Program-made: the position numbers and the translations under genes
Shown here: in pieces, positions 12,585-25,063 of the stretch
How the letters are laid out: each line of letters begins with the position of its first letter
Numbering within the stretch: position 1 is the first letter of the stretch
The notes under the pieces: generated by a model
What the model was told of the DNA's origin: nothing
Databases searched by the model: none
What the model saw: only the letters and a program-made list of their open reading frames with translations
Source: the human T2T-CHM13v2.0 reference genome, Homo sapiens
Length of the DNA stretch: 64,000 nt
Reading direction: 5' to 3' (one strand)
NCBI RefSeq assembly: GCF_009914755.1
Contig: NC_060934.1

Positions 12585-14274
12585 CTACAATTACAGGTTG
12601 TCATTGTAAAGTCCTAAGCAAACATCCCCTGCTAGTATTTCCCTTAATGAATCCATTGCTTAGACTTCAGTCACTAGGAGATCTGACTGCTGTGGTCACA
12701 CGTCTCAGGATCGAACAGCAGATGGGTGCAGAGTGGTCAGTGATGGGATCGGGACTTGCGGAACCCCGGGTTGTGTTGTGAATCTTCGCGTGGTTCAATT
12801 CCTTCCTTTATTGCTCTATTGCTTGCTTTAGAATTTAGCACACTGAGCCCTTCATGAATGCCATTCCATGCTGAGCCTTTGAGAGTACAGGTCTGGGATC
12901 CTGGGCTCTGTCTAGAAAATTCTCTGATCTAAAATACCAACAAGGATGGAAGCCTTTGGGTCTCCCTGTGCCCATGCTTCTTTCTAGCTGCCCTGGGCCT
13001 GCAGACGCAGGCAGAGAGAGCTTCGCAGAGGAGGAGGTGGAATGAGGATTGCTGGGAAGCAGGCACTGTGCCCAGCGCCTCTCAGGATACATCCTCCACA
13101 GGACTCTGCATGGGGAACAGCGCTGTGCCTGTTCACCAAGGACAGAGCTATCCTTAGCAGGGAGTGCGCTTGCTCGAGGTCTCAGAGGTGCTGAGCGCAG
13201 CAGGCTGGGAGCCAGGTCTTCTGACTTGAGGGTCTGTGCCTTTCCTCCTTTACAACCTGTTGCCCTCTGTCTTCTCCCTGTCCCCCTCCCTGATCCAACC
13301 CAGTCCCTCAGCTGCAGCTGAGTTTCAACCACGGATGACTTCCATTTCTTTAATATCCTTCCTTGGTGGTAGCCTTGATCCATGTTAAGAAGGATGCCCA
13401 GGCTGCATCTGGACTCTGTGGGAAAGCATGCAGTGGTCGATTAGCAATGTCTGCCTTGGGCTTGGGGAGGAGGAGGTGCTTGGCATTTCCATACCTTCCC
13501 TAGACTCTTTAGCTATCCCACAAACACTCATGTGTCAGCAACGTCCCAGGTGCTGTTCAAGGTGCTGTGGTGGCCAAAGAGGGACAGGTCAGCAATGTCC
13601 AGTGATGCTAGGCTTGGTGCTCTGCTGTCCCTCCCGTGTGAACACAGTGGTCACAGGCCAGGCATCTCCTGCAGCAGTGGAGGTAGCCAGGGCAAGGCCC
13701 TGAGTGCCACTGTAGCCAGGGAGAGTCAGTGGCATCTGCTTCCCTCTGAGCCAAATTGTTTAAATGCCTCCACTTGCCCCTCAGTCCTTCCTTAATCTCA
13801 AATGACCCTGGAGGGTATTGGTGGCAAGATAGCCCTACGGGCAGAGCCTCCACCTAGGGCATAGTTGGCTGCCATGCTGTGAAGGAGTCTAGGGCATGGG
13901 ACAAGGGCCTGGATGTGGGAATGGCTGTGGGCCCCAGGAGGCAGGGACAGGCGAGCCGCCCCGACCTCACAGCTCCCCAAGCACATGCCACCCCCGTAAG
14001 CCTACCAGGTAAGACACAGCATACCCAGCCACATTTGAATTTCAGTTAAACAACAAATACGATCTTTTAGTATAAAGTGTGTCCCCGATAATTTCACTTA
14101 CTAAATCTGACAACCCTACAGTCTTGCCAAAGGAACTCTGGGCTCCAAACCCAGAAGGGCTTAGGACCTCAGCCTCCCACTCTTCATGGAAACTGAGAAA
14201 GCCCCAACAAGGAGGAGGGAGGAGGGCCAGGCCTGCCAGCTCTGCAGAGAGAGACACTGTCAGTGTAAGTTGGC

Positions 14275-14500
14275 AGTTACGGATGTAGGCTCAGAAGCTT
14301 GACTGCTGGGTTCAAATCCCAGCTCCAGTGCTCACTAGCTGGGAGACCTTACAGCAGTGGCCTAACGTTCTGAGCCTCAGCTTTTCCATCCACAGAATTG
14401 GGAATGAAGGGATAGCTCCTGCCTTTCTGGGCTGTTGTGAATCTATTCATGTAGACGGTGTATAGTGATCTTGTCCGGGTCGTACATGGCAATGATCCGT
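14275..14500 (+). mobile_element. MIR
   Basis: 'ctgggttcaaatcccagctccagtgctcactagctgggagacctt...tctgagcctcagcttttccatc' (tRNA-derived B box plus MIR core). Confidence 0.8.
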
Positions 14501-14683
14501 GCAGGCAGTGGTGGTGGTTGCTGTGTCATTTTTGGATGAGTCTGGGGAGGGGGCCTGGGTCGTGGCTTCTGGTCCAACCTCTGTCACGAGCTTGCAGGAT
14601 TTCCTTGGGCTGGTCCCACCTACCCATTAGGGCTACAATTGTCTATGTGTACAGAGCAGGTTGGACTCAGTTCATTGCAAATT

Positions 14684-15327
<644 letters not shown>

Positions 15328-15361
15328 TGAGTAACAGAACCATTCTCCAAAAGAGAGCTCA

Positions 15362-15756
<395 letters not shown>

Positions 15757-16919
15757 TTATGGGAGGCGCTCTGGGTTAGTCCCCTGCCCTGCCCTCCTCA
15801 CCTGGTCCATCTTGTGGGCATCCCCTAGGTGAGGCCAGAGGAGCTCCGTGCTGCTAGGAGATCCAGGCAGAAACATCCAGGAGTGGAAGCTCAGCCCAGC
15901 GGCTGGGAGGCTGTGGCACCTCCTGTCCACATGGCAGGCCAGGCCGAGGTGGGCTGGCTACACAGTGGGGCTCCCCCTCTCTGATAAGGTAAGCAGCTTG
16001 TTCATTGTCCCAGTGTCACTTGGGTCCCAGACAACCTGAGAGAGGGAGAAGGGGCTTTGTTCTCTTCGTTGCCTGGGGGTGGAACAGCCCTCTCTCACTC
16101 AGGGCCTTCTAGGTTCTTGTTTAATTAATCCTTCCTCAAACTCCATTCTCAGATATTGAAGTCTACACTCGAGTCCCCATTTTGTGGACAGGCAGGCTGA
16201 GGCCCAGTGGGGGCACCTGCTTGGGCCACACGGAGCCAGGGAGGGCTGAATGAGAACCTCCTGCCATCTTGGTGGTGGTGATGTGGGGCCCTGAGGGGTC
16301 ATTTGTGTAGTCCCAGGGCTTGATTAATGGGGGCTAGACTAGGGGGCTCAGTCTCTCACTTTAGAAGCTGGGGAAGGACACCCACAGAGCTTCAGCAACT
16401 TGCTCAGCTCACATCACAGGCCAGAGCCAGCAAAGGCCCCATGCATCTCCCCAGGTTGAGTCAGTGACACCCGCTCAGTCAGCAGACAGCACCTCGAGAA
16501 AAAAATGATGTCTTCTTCTGCACCCTTTCCTGCCTGTAAATGGGCCTTTTGTTAAAAGCTCTGCCCTGTAAAACATGTAAGACACCTACCCTGTGTCCAA
16601 ATTTCTTGCATTTCCTTTTCCTTCCCCTCCCCTACTCCGTCCCTGCATCAGGGACTCAGACATCTTCTAGGTCAAGTCTACCTTTCATTGGTGATGGGCA
16701 AGGGTTACCAATTGATGGGGTGACTCCTTAATCTTTAGGCCAGTTAACCCAAGAAAATCAGACCTTGCTAGTGACAGAGGAGCCCCTCCCTGGCTTTCTA
16801 GTTGGCCTCAGCGGTGCTACTGGTGAAGGTGGTGGTGAGATGTATGGACCGCCTGGTTATCTGTTTAATCCCCACTGCTGCCATTTGATTGTAATGGGGC
16901 CAGGTGGAAAGGGTCAGGT

Positions 16920-17140
16920 GTCATCATTCAGCCATTTATGCAGTGAATATTTACTGGGCACCTACTCTTTGCCAGTCTCTTGACTGGACAGATACACCCA
17001 TGAGTCAATCATGACTTGTCCTCTGAGGAGCTCACAGTCTAGAGAGACAGACATGCAGATATCAGAAAATAACCTGAGTCAAAGGTGGCAGAAGCAGGAC
17101 ACACATAGTGGTGCGGGCATAGAGAGATGAGAGAATGTTC
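16920..17140 (-). mobile_element. L2 3' fragment
   Basis: 'tcattcagccatttatgcagtgaatatttactgggcacctactctttgccag...tcctctgaggagctcacagtctagagag'. Confidence 0.7.
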
Positions 17141-17229
17141 AGGCTTAAAAACATCCACATTATTTTTGCCTTTTGTAAGGCCAAACGGGGAGAAGGTGAC
17201 AGAAGGGACGAAGATGCCCCAACCTGGAA

Positions 17230-18110
17230 CAAGTCAATCATTTTAAAATTTCATTGCTGAACCCAACATAATTCAGACCTCATATCTGGCGAATGCATCA
17301 GTTCATTAGAACACAAAAATACACTATCAAACAGACAATCAAATTTCATGTAAAATAAGCTTCAGCATTAAAATGGTTCCTGGTGTTTTATGTGTGTGAC
17401 TCGGTGGGCAGATATATTTCTTGCTACTAGAGCAAGACTGATTTGTGTGAAGGCTCCCGTCACCAAATCACTCGGAAGGCTGGGAGATAAAATGTCGCTT
17501 AGGATAATGTAATTGGCCTTAAGGTACAGGAGTTGAATTATTTTCAGTGATTTATAATCTGGAAATTAAAGACTCACTCATTTTCTAATTTAATTCCATC
17601 TTCAATGGAAAAATGTTCACTCTGATCTAAATTGGCGAGTAATGTTGCTAATTCAAATGCAGATGTAATTTTGATTCTGGTAGCAGTTTGCAGTGATTGA
17701 CGGGTCTCCAAAGAATCATTACGATCCTTATCTCCCAATCTCACAAATTCCCCGGCAGTTGTGATAATAACTTCGGCTAAGGAGAAAAGGGAAAAAAATA
17801 AATTCTCCCCTGCCCTGTCGGTCTGGGGCTCGCCTTTTGCAGGATGTGAATTGTGGTTTCTTTTGCATCGACAGTGTCTGAGACAATACTGACACTTCCT
17901 TACCAAATTTGGTGGTGGCACACTGCAGGTTGAGTTGTTCACCAGTGATCTTTGCTCTCCAATATGAACGAAATGGGCCTGGGATAAGTTATTCTCGATT
18001 CACAGTTAATTAGCTGGGATTTTACACCACATTTGGTGCAATTCATTGATAAGTCTTAACTACCCAGGGACAGGCAGACAATGATTAGCCATAATCATGC
18101 AGGCTTTGCC
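17230..18110. promoter_or_regulatory. Candidate conserved developmental enhancer
   Basis: Repeat-free and AT-rich. Contains TAATTG, TAATTTAATT, TGATTTAT (17548) and TGATTGACGG (17694), with many unmutated CpGs. Inference. Confidence 0.55.
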
Positions 18111-18799
18111 CTCCGTCTCGCGGCTGTCACGTGGATAGCCCATGGTGATGTGTCTTCATCTCGGTAGACCCTAAGAAGCCAGGATGGAGAAATTATGAGG
18201 TCACTCTGGCTGTGTGAGAAGTGGCCGGGTCAGAGCGATGGTTGCCTGCATCATCTGTTTGCACAGCAAGGGGGCGGCCGCTGGGCTGAGCCATAGCCTT
18301 GGTCCACTGTGCACGTGAACACTCCTGACCTGGCCAAGCAATGGCTCTGGCTACTTCTAAGCAGAATAGATTTCTTTGGCTGACAGCTATTTTGATTACA
18401 GTAAAGCCGTCAGATTCTGAAAGTTGATGGATTCCCTATGGTTTAAACAATCACATAAAGATTTGGGGCAAGTTGTGTTGATTTCTAGGATGTGGTTACA
18501 GAGTGTGAGTGAGGAGTAGGATGTGTTGGAAATAAGCCGGCCCCACCTGCCAGCACTAGCTCTCACCCAACATGAGCATTTCCTCTGTGTAAGGTTTTAT
18601 ATCAGAACGTATTGATTTATAGCACATGGGTCGTGGTAGTACAACTTTGGGGAATGAAGGAAGTGAATCTCATTTGGGAAAGGGAAAGGAATAATTTTGA
18701 TTTGGATTAAGAATAAAAGGAAAAAGTTTTACAAAACATTTATGGCTATTTTATAATATTTTTAAAGTTTGATTTTTGTGTATATTAAGCTATGGAGCA

Positions 18800-19148
18800 A
18801 AGACTGCTTATGTCGCCCACAACTGTGCTCTCGTCTTATTTTTGAACACACTGCTGACCTATGTTTTCCAGCCTTCCTGGCTCCTTTGTTGGAGATTTCT
18901 GACCAAGTTTTGACCAAAAGAATGTGATCATGTATCCCTTCTAGGCCTGGCCCATAAAAACCTCCTATGCATGATCCTTGCTGTCTCACCACCCGCCTAA
19001 TAAATGGAAGAACTCAGAGGACTCTTCCTTCTGTCTCTGAGAAGTCTGTGAAGCTTTACCTGAATTAGAAAGACACTCCTATTGGGTTAAACCATTGAGA
19101 TTTGAGGGTTTGTTATTTAAGCAGCTAAGATTACTCATCCCAATAACA
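18800..19148 (+). mobile_element. MaLR LTR (MLT1I/J-like)
   Basis: 'cccttctaggcctggcccataaaaacctcc...ttgggttaaaccattgagatttgagggtttgttatttaagcagc...aataaca'. Confidence 0.7.
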
Positions 19149-19899
19149 AGCTATATCCAACACAATGGTATAAGGAATAGATTTATTGATTTCCCCAGTC
19201 TCACAGTTAATTATTTGTGTATTTCACATATGGAACTGCCACTGACCAAGCATAGGCTGATCTCTGCATGATCCATAGATTATGAACAGCATTCCCATTT
19301 TGCCTTCAATCACCATGGCCTGGAATATGATCACTAGTAAATGGGAAAGGATTTTGGTTTTACAAATATATGAGCAGCTCACTAATACTGCATTTATATC
19401 AAGAACAAAGGGTAGCAAACATGCTTTCAATTTCAAGAAAGACATTTTCACTTAAATATGAAGACTCATTGAGACATGGTGTACGTCTTTGACGATTGTT
19501 TTCCTGATTGTAGATTTAGGCAGCATTAGTCTTAACCACATTAGGTGTGATGGACAAAGACAGCTGGATGGAGATCAGTCACCTTTCTCCTCCCCCATCT
19601 TCTAGTGGCCTCTTTCCCTAACCTCTCTACACATAACTATTTAACATGTGTTGGGAGAATTATCTGCTGAAGGTCTTGTTGATGTGTTATGCTTTCATCC
19701 AGCTGAAGGAATCTCAGAGACCATGGCATGAACTCAGAGAATAGATTCCCTGCTGCTTTTCAATAGAAGCATCAAGGAAGTCCATGTAACTGAAATTCAT
19801 CGAGATACATGGTACATTGTCGGCACATGGTACATCAGTCTTGCTCCTACCCACTTCTGGGCTCAGTGTTCATCGTACCCTCAGTGTCTTTTGCTTTCC

Positions 19900-20240
19900 G
19901 GCTCCAAAAATCCTCATTCCCTGGGTGTTCACTGGATAAGCTAAGCACATTCTCACCTCCTTGCTTTGTTCATGTTACTTGCTGTGTCTGGAAGGACTGT
20001 CCCAGACTATGCACCATATTTGGAACACAGACCCAAGTCATCTCGCAAGTTTCAGCTCAAGCGTGAGTTCATCCTTGAAACCTTTTCTGCCCAGCTCTCC
20101 TCCCACCCATGAAAGACCTAATCTTCTCTTTTGTTGGACTGCCTTGTCACAGCACCTAGGATGTTGGACTCTAGTTTGTTTGCTCATCTTTCTCCCTCTA
20201 CCCTGAGTTCAGAGGACAGGATGGTGATCTAATTGTCATT
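19900..20240 (+). mobile_element. L2 fragment
   Basis: 'ctttgttcatgttacttgctgtgtctggaagg...tcagctcaagcgtgagttcatccttgaaaccttttctg' follows the L2 3' region. Confidence 0.55.
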
Positions 20241-20599
20241 GCCATATTATTCATATCTTATCATCACCATCACCATCAGTTATATTACAGAAATATCCAT
20301 GATACCTCATTCATGCTGCACCTGGGGGAATGAGCAGCCTAGTTCCTGGCTAATTTCTGCCTTCAACCCTAAGTACTGAGAATCCTTTTTATTGTGATGC
20401 CAGGCCACTGGCATGCCACCACCTGAGTGTCCTCCTCTGATCAATAGTGATAGATGGTGCTGTTGCTTCAGTTTCTGGCAGACCATCCCTATACACAGAG
20501 CTGCTCATGGTTAAGCATTTGGGTAGCTCTTCTGTAAATCACCAGGACCACTTGATGCCAGCAGGGGTGACAGAACCCAACTGTGCTGTCACTCTCAAT

Positions 20600-20872
20600 G
20601 CACCTAATTCCCTTAAGCCATTCACCTAATAACCTGTGGTTCAGAGTTCTACAGGCTAATGACACAACACGTACATAAGTATTTCCTTTTGTGCTTTTCA
20701 GATTTTTTTCTTTTAATTTCATTAAGTGCCCTCTTGTTCCTGTATCACCAGTGAGTACCCAGAGACACTTATTCACCTGCTCTTGGGCAGTCATCTTAGT
20801 ACATGAGTATCCTCTTACATGACCCTGTTTTAGACCAAATGCTTAATCTTTTTAACTTCTCCTAGTATGGCC
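20600..20872 (-). mobile_element. CR1/L3-family LINE ORF2 C-terminal relic
   Basis: Minus-strand translations PY*EKLKRLSIWSK (20829-20870) and TRGHLMKL (20714-20737), followed by RVV, match the CR1 motifs YEERLxxLGLFSL, TRGHxxKL and RVVxxWNxL. Confidence 0.7.
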
Positions 20873-20959
20873 ATCCCCATGAGGAGTTTTGGCTCTGGAA
20901 CTTCAGGAGCAATCCTGTAGTCTATTTGTTCAGCTTATTGTTTCTTGATGATAATACTG

Positions 20960-21170
20960 GTAACAACTACCAATTATCAAGTGCTGATGACGAGCTAGGT
21001 GCTGTATTAAGTGGTTGGCATGCATTTTCTCACTTGATCCTCATAACCAATGCTATATGTTAGAAACTACTACCTCCACTTGATATATAGAGGAACTAAA
21101 GCCCAGAAGGGTCAAGTCCAAGGTCACATGGCCAAGCAGCATCGAGGGCTGCATTTAACCCATACTTGTA
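20960..21170 (-). mobile_element. MIR
   Basis: 'gtgctgtattaagtggttggcatgcattttctcacttgatcctcataacc...gaggaactaaagcccagaagggtcaagtccaaggtcacatggc'. Confidence 0.75.
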
Positions 21171-21375
21171 TTGCGTTCCCCTCACACTGGCACCATCTGG
21201 CTCCCAGCCTGGAGGCTCTCTGAGGGTAACACCAGGGCCTGCATTTGTACCTCCCCCATGGAGCCTGGCTCAGATTTGACAATTGAATGGAAGAATGGCT
21301 AGAACCAATTCTACATTCTCAGTGTCCAAATGCTAAAGTTTTAAGTATAAGTAGGTGTCATTTTTGTTAAGCCCT

Positions 21376-21824
21376 TGTATTAGTCAGGATATTCCAGAGA
21401 AATAGAACCAATAGGGTGTGCGTGTGCTTGTGTGTGTGTTTGTGCGTGTGTCTGTGTAGGATGAGATTTATTTTAAGGAAGTGGCTCACACAATTATGGA
21501 GGCTAGCAAGTTAAAAATCTGCAGGGTATACCAGCAGGCTGAAGACCCAGGGGAAACTGATGTTGCAGTTCAAGTCCAAAGACAATCAAATCCACTGTAG
21601 AATTCCGCCTTGCTCAGAAGATGTTGTTTTTTGTTCTATTCAGGCCTTCAACTGATTGGACGGGGCTCACCCACATTATCGAGGGCATCTGCTTTACTCA
21701 AAGTCCACCAGTTTAAATGTTCATCTCATCCTAAACACCCTCACACTAACATCCAGAATAGTGTTTGACCATGTATCTGGGCACCACGGACCAGCTATGT
21801 TGGCACATAAAATGAACCATTGCA
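21376..21824 (-). mobile_element. ERVL solo LTR (MLT2B/MLT2D-like)
   Basis: TG...CA termini with a perfect 5-bp TSD GCCCT (21371-21375 / 21825-21829); 'tgtattagtcagg...ccagagaaatagaaccaatagg' end and internal (TG)n. Confidence 0.9.
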
Positions 21825-22371
21825 GCCCTCTTTCTCTGTTTTGAGGAAGACAATCATGGAGGTATTTGGGGATTTACACAGTACAGTGTCATTATCTACA
21901 ATGGGCTCTGGAGTCTGCATTCGAATCTTAATTCATTTACTTACCATAAGACTTTAGGAAAGTAGCTCAACCTCCCGCATTCACTGGAAATAATAAGTGC
22001 TGGGAGGAGTAACACCCCAGGCTGATGGGGAGAGGAAATGGGAAGGTGCATGGAAATGTGCCCTGAAAGTGTTAACGCATGAAGCTCAGGAAATGAGCTG
22101 GATTTACTATTTTCTGCTTGGACATGCACTTCCTCCGTTGACCCCACCAGAATGGTGTTTCCAGCCAGGAATTCCCAATGATGAGGCTGTCTTGGGTACC
22201 ATGGGCAGCTCTCCTTTAGTGGACATCACATTGGGTTCCCTGGCCATGACTGATCATGGGCAGCCAGAGAGTGGCCTAAAGTCCGGTTGAGTGATGCAGA
22301 GCAGGCCCGGGCGGGAGCGCATCCTCAGAAGCGATCCTTCAGAGGCAGCACTTTAGGAGTGGGGCATGTGG

Positions 22372-22389
22372 ACACCACCTGGTGGCTTG
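22372..22389 (-). promoter_or_regulatory. CTCF-like motif
   Basis: Minus strand reads GCCACCAGGTGGTGT, close to the CTCF core CCACCAGRKGGCGC. Confidence 0.4.
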
Positions 22390-22439
22390 CACTACTTTTT
22401 TATTTTTCTGAAAAACTTTGGCTTAGGTTTTGAGTTCCT

Positions 22440-22620
22440 GAGCATGTTGTATATTAACTTATTTGATCTATGAGGTCAGTAGCATTCCTCTCATCTTAAA
22501 CATGGGGAGAAGAGAGATTGAGTCACCAGCCAAGGTCACATACTGGCAAGCAGCAGGGCCCAGGCTTGACCCCAGGATGTCTAACACAAGAAGCCACGTT
22601 CCCAACCACTACTCTCCGCT
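22440..22620 (-). mobile_element. MIR
   Basis: 'ccaaggtcacatactggcaagcagcagggcccaggcttgaccccaggatgtctaac...aaccactact'. Confidence 0.65.
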
Positions 22621-24129
22621 GCTACCAGAGGCTGTCATGTGACCAGGCCCTTCTTAGAAAACCAGAACCTAAGAGGGCTCTATGACTTGTTGCATCAACC
22701 GTCACCCTGGAGTGGTTCCCAGACTCCCCTGTGTCACCTTGGTGGGGGGGTCCCTTTCCCTCCCAGAGCCTCACTTTCCCCATCTGTCTAATGGGAATCC
22801 TCCCTGTGTGGCCCTCCTTGGCCTTTGGGATTTCCTCTGGTTCTGAAGCTATCTCTTTTATTGTCCTGGCCCCAGGCAGCGACTTGCATTGCTTGGCAAG
22901 AGTAGATGTACCCCAAAAAATGGAGAACCTACAGTTGCCGGCATATCGTAAGGACTGATGTTTGCCCCACTTCAATCCCTCTGCTTATTCCACTTTCCAA
23001 CCCTTCCAGAAAGTTCCATGCCAGGCAGCCTGAGTAAGGCAGAAAGGCTGGGCTGGATGCTTGGGTGTGACCCCCACAGGGACTCCCTATTCTTTCTGGC
23101 TGTCCATAAAGGTGGCAGCATTACTGCCTGTTTCAGAATGTCCAGCCAGCCACGTGGAAAAACACACAGCCTGAGGAAGGAAGGAAGGAATTGGGGGCTG
23201 GGAGAAGGGGTGAAAAGGTATTCCAGTCTTGGAGTTGCTGTCCTGAGGTGCAGGTGGTGAGAGTTTGTATGCGCTTTCCTGGGGCCAGGGCAAGCTGCCC
23301 ATGATCCATTTGCTTTGGGAACATGGTCAGGCGGCCCAATGTCATGTCCACTAAAGGCAAGTATTGTGCCTGAACCATCAGCTGGATTGGAAAAAAACCC
23401 AATGCCAGGATACTGCTAAATGCCAAGTTGGGAGGTGGAGAAAGGAAGGTGACCGGCAGCTCCCTGTCACGTGCCAGGAGTGTGCCAGGGGCTTCCCTGG
23501 CCCACTAGAGTTCCCACTTTGCAGATGTGGAAACTAAGTCTCAGAGCCATTAGGCAACTTGCCACAAAAACCACACAGTCAGCCAGCCTCAAAGCTGGCC
23601 AGTCCTAGAACCAGACCCCAGAGCCCTGCTCATTTTACCAGGCTCCCCTAATGGGACAGAACCACACAAAAGCTCAGGGAAGACGATCCCTGGGAACCTG
23701 CCCTGCCTCTCTGGGGCAAGCTGGGGAGGGACCACCAGTGGGCCTGGCTTTGGGGGTCTCTGCCAGGCTGGACCGTGGAGCTGATAAGCTGTGTGCTCAT
23801 CTCCCTAGAACTACCATCTCCCTGGCCATTTAGGAATTCCCTCGGACTTCCTAGCAGGGCTGCCTGGTCGGGGCCTTGCCGGCTTCCTCTGCAGTCCCAG
23901 AGCTCCAGAGTCTTAGTGAGGAGACTCTCCATCAGCAGAGGGTGGATCCTCCAAAAGACATGCTGCAGGGCGCCATGACAAATCCCCTCCCAGATGAACT
24001 CAGCTCCCTTGGAGTCCGCTTCTTTATTGGAGCTGCTCAGTTAGGACCAACCTCCCTCCAGGGAACATCTCAGAAGACAGATGCCATCAAAAGATGTGGC
24101 CAAGCAGGACAACACTGAAAGGAGAACAT

Positions 24130-24780
24130 GAAAGTTTGCTAGTTTACTTATTAGTACAATATGTAATTGGATAGAAGGCACAGCTTTTAAAAATTTGTCT
24201 TACCATAATGACTATAATTTTTTAGAGATTGAAAATGAATCTGACTAGAAAATACCATTAAACTACCAAGTTGCTTAAAATTTAAAGGGTAATTCACATA
24301 TAATGCTTTTATTTAATAGCCCAATTTACAAAACGTCTAAAATTAATGCAGATCTTTTCAGGACAAAATCAGCCGTAACTGCACCAACTAATTTTTGCTC
24401 ATTTGAACTGAATTATTAATAAGAGAGAAATATACCATATGTTCCCCAAAGAGCTGGATACATTTATTTCAAATAAAAGCACTGTGTTTGGTGGAGTATA
24501 AGAGGTTTAAATGCTTTCAGAGAAATGGGTTACTTATATACAGATTTAATAGAGTATAAATCAAGCTGCGTAATTAAGGACACAGCTGCTTCCAAACCCA
24601 AGGCCGGCAGCTTTTGCTTCTCAAGTTCCTTTATCACCTGCATGGCTTTCATGAGCAATCATTTGTGCTCATGGAATAATACCAGTTCACCAATGACCTA
24701 GTGGTTTATGCCATACCGAAAAGGAATTTTATCGCAGGTTTAGGTCATAGCCATTGACTTCATCTATTTCTTCTCTAAAA
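24130..24780. promoter_or_regulatory. Candidate conserved non-coding element
   Basis: Repeat-free and very AT-rich, with TAATTG/TAATTA cores, ATAAATCA at 24556 and two TAGGTCA half-sites. Inference. Confidence 0.45.
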
Positions 24781-24845
24781 AATATTTCTTGAGGACCTAC
24801 TGTGTGTCAAGCAGTGAGCTTGTCTCTGAACAAAATGGCTCTGGA

Positions 24846-25063
24846 TCTTTTCCTCGTTCCTTTTCTCTCTCCCTCTTTCCCTTCCTCCCCATCTCTCCTC
24901 CCTTCCTTCCTTCTTTCCCTCCTCTCTCTGCCTCCCTTCCTCCCTCTTTCCCTTCTTCTTTCCCTCTCTACCTCACCCTTCCTCTCTCCCTTCTTTTTCT
25001 CTTTCCTTTTCCTCCTTTCTTCCTTTCTTTCCCCCCTCTCTCTTTTCTTCCTTTCTTCCCTCC
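24846..25063. repeat. CT-rich polypyrimidine low-complexity tract
   Basis: Almost purely C/T over about 220 bp. Confidence 0.92.

Noticed and set aside
12835-13383. 182-aa minus-strand ORF (and similar 168-180 aa ORFs at 2389, 26337 and 44604)
   Set aside because: No recognisable protein features, some overlap repeats, and such lengths are expected by chance in six frames of 64 kb.
14005-14016. Consensus-like splice donors (CAGGTAAG here and at 456; AAGGTAAG at about 15987)
   Set aside because: Isolated matches are common, and I could not pair them with acceptors and an open frame to build an exon chain.
14305-14325. GGTTCAAATCC B-box suggesting a tRNA gene (also at about 39935)
   Set aside because: tRNA-derived head of MIR SINEs; no cloverleaf or acceptor stem.
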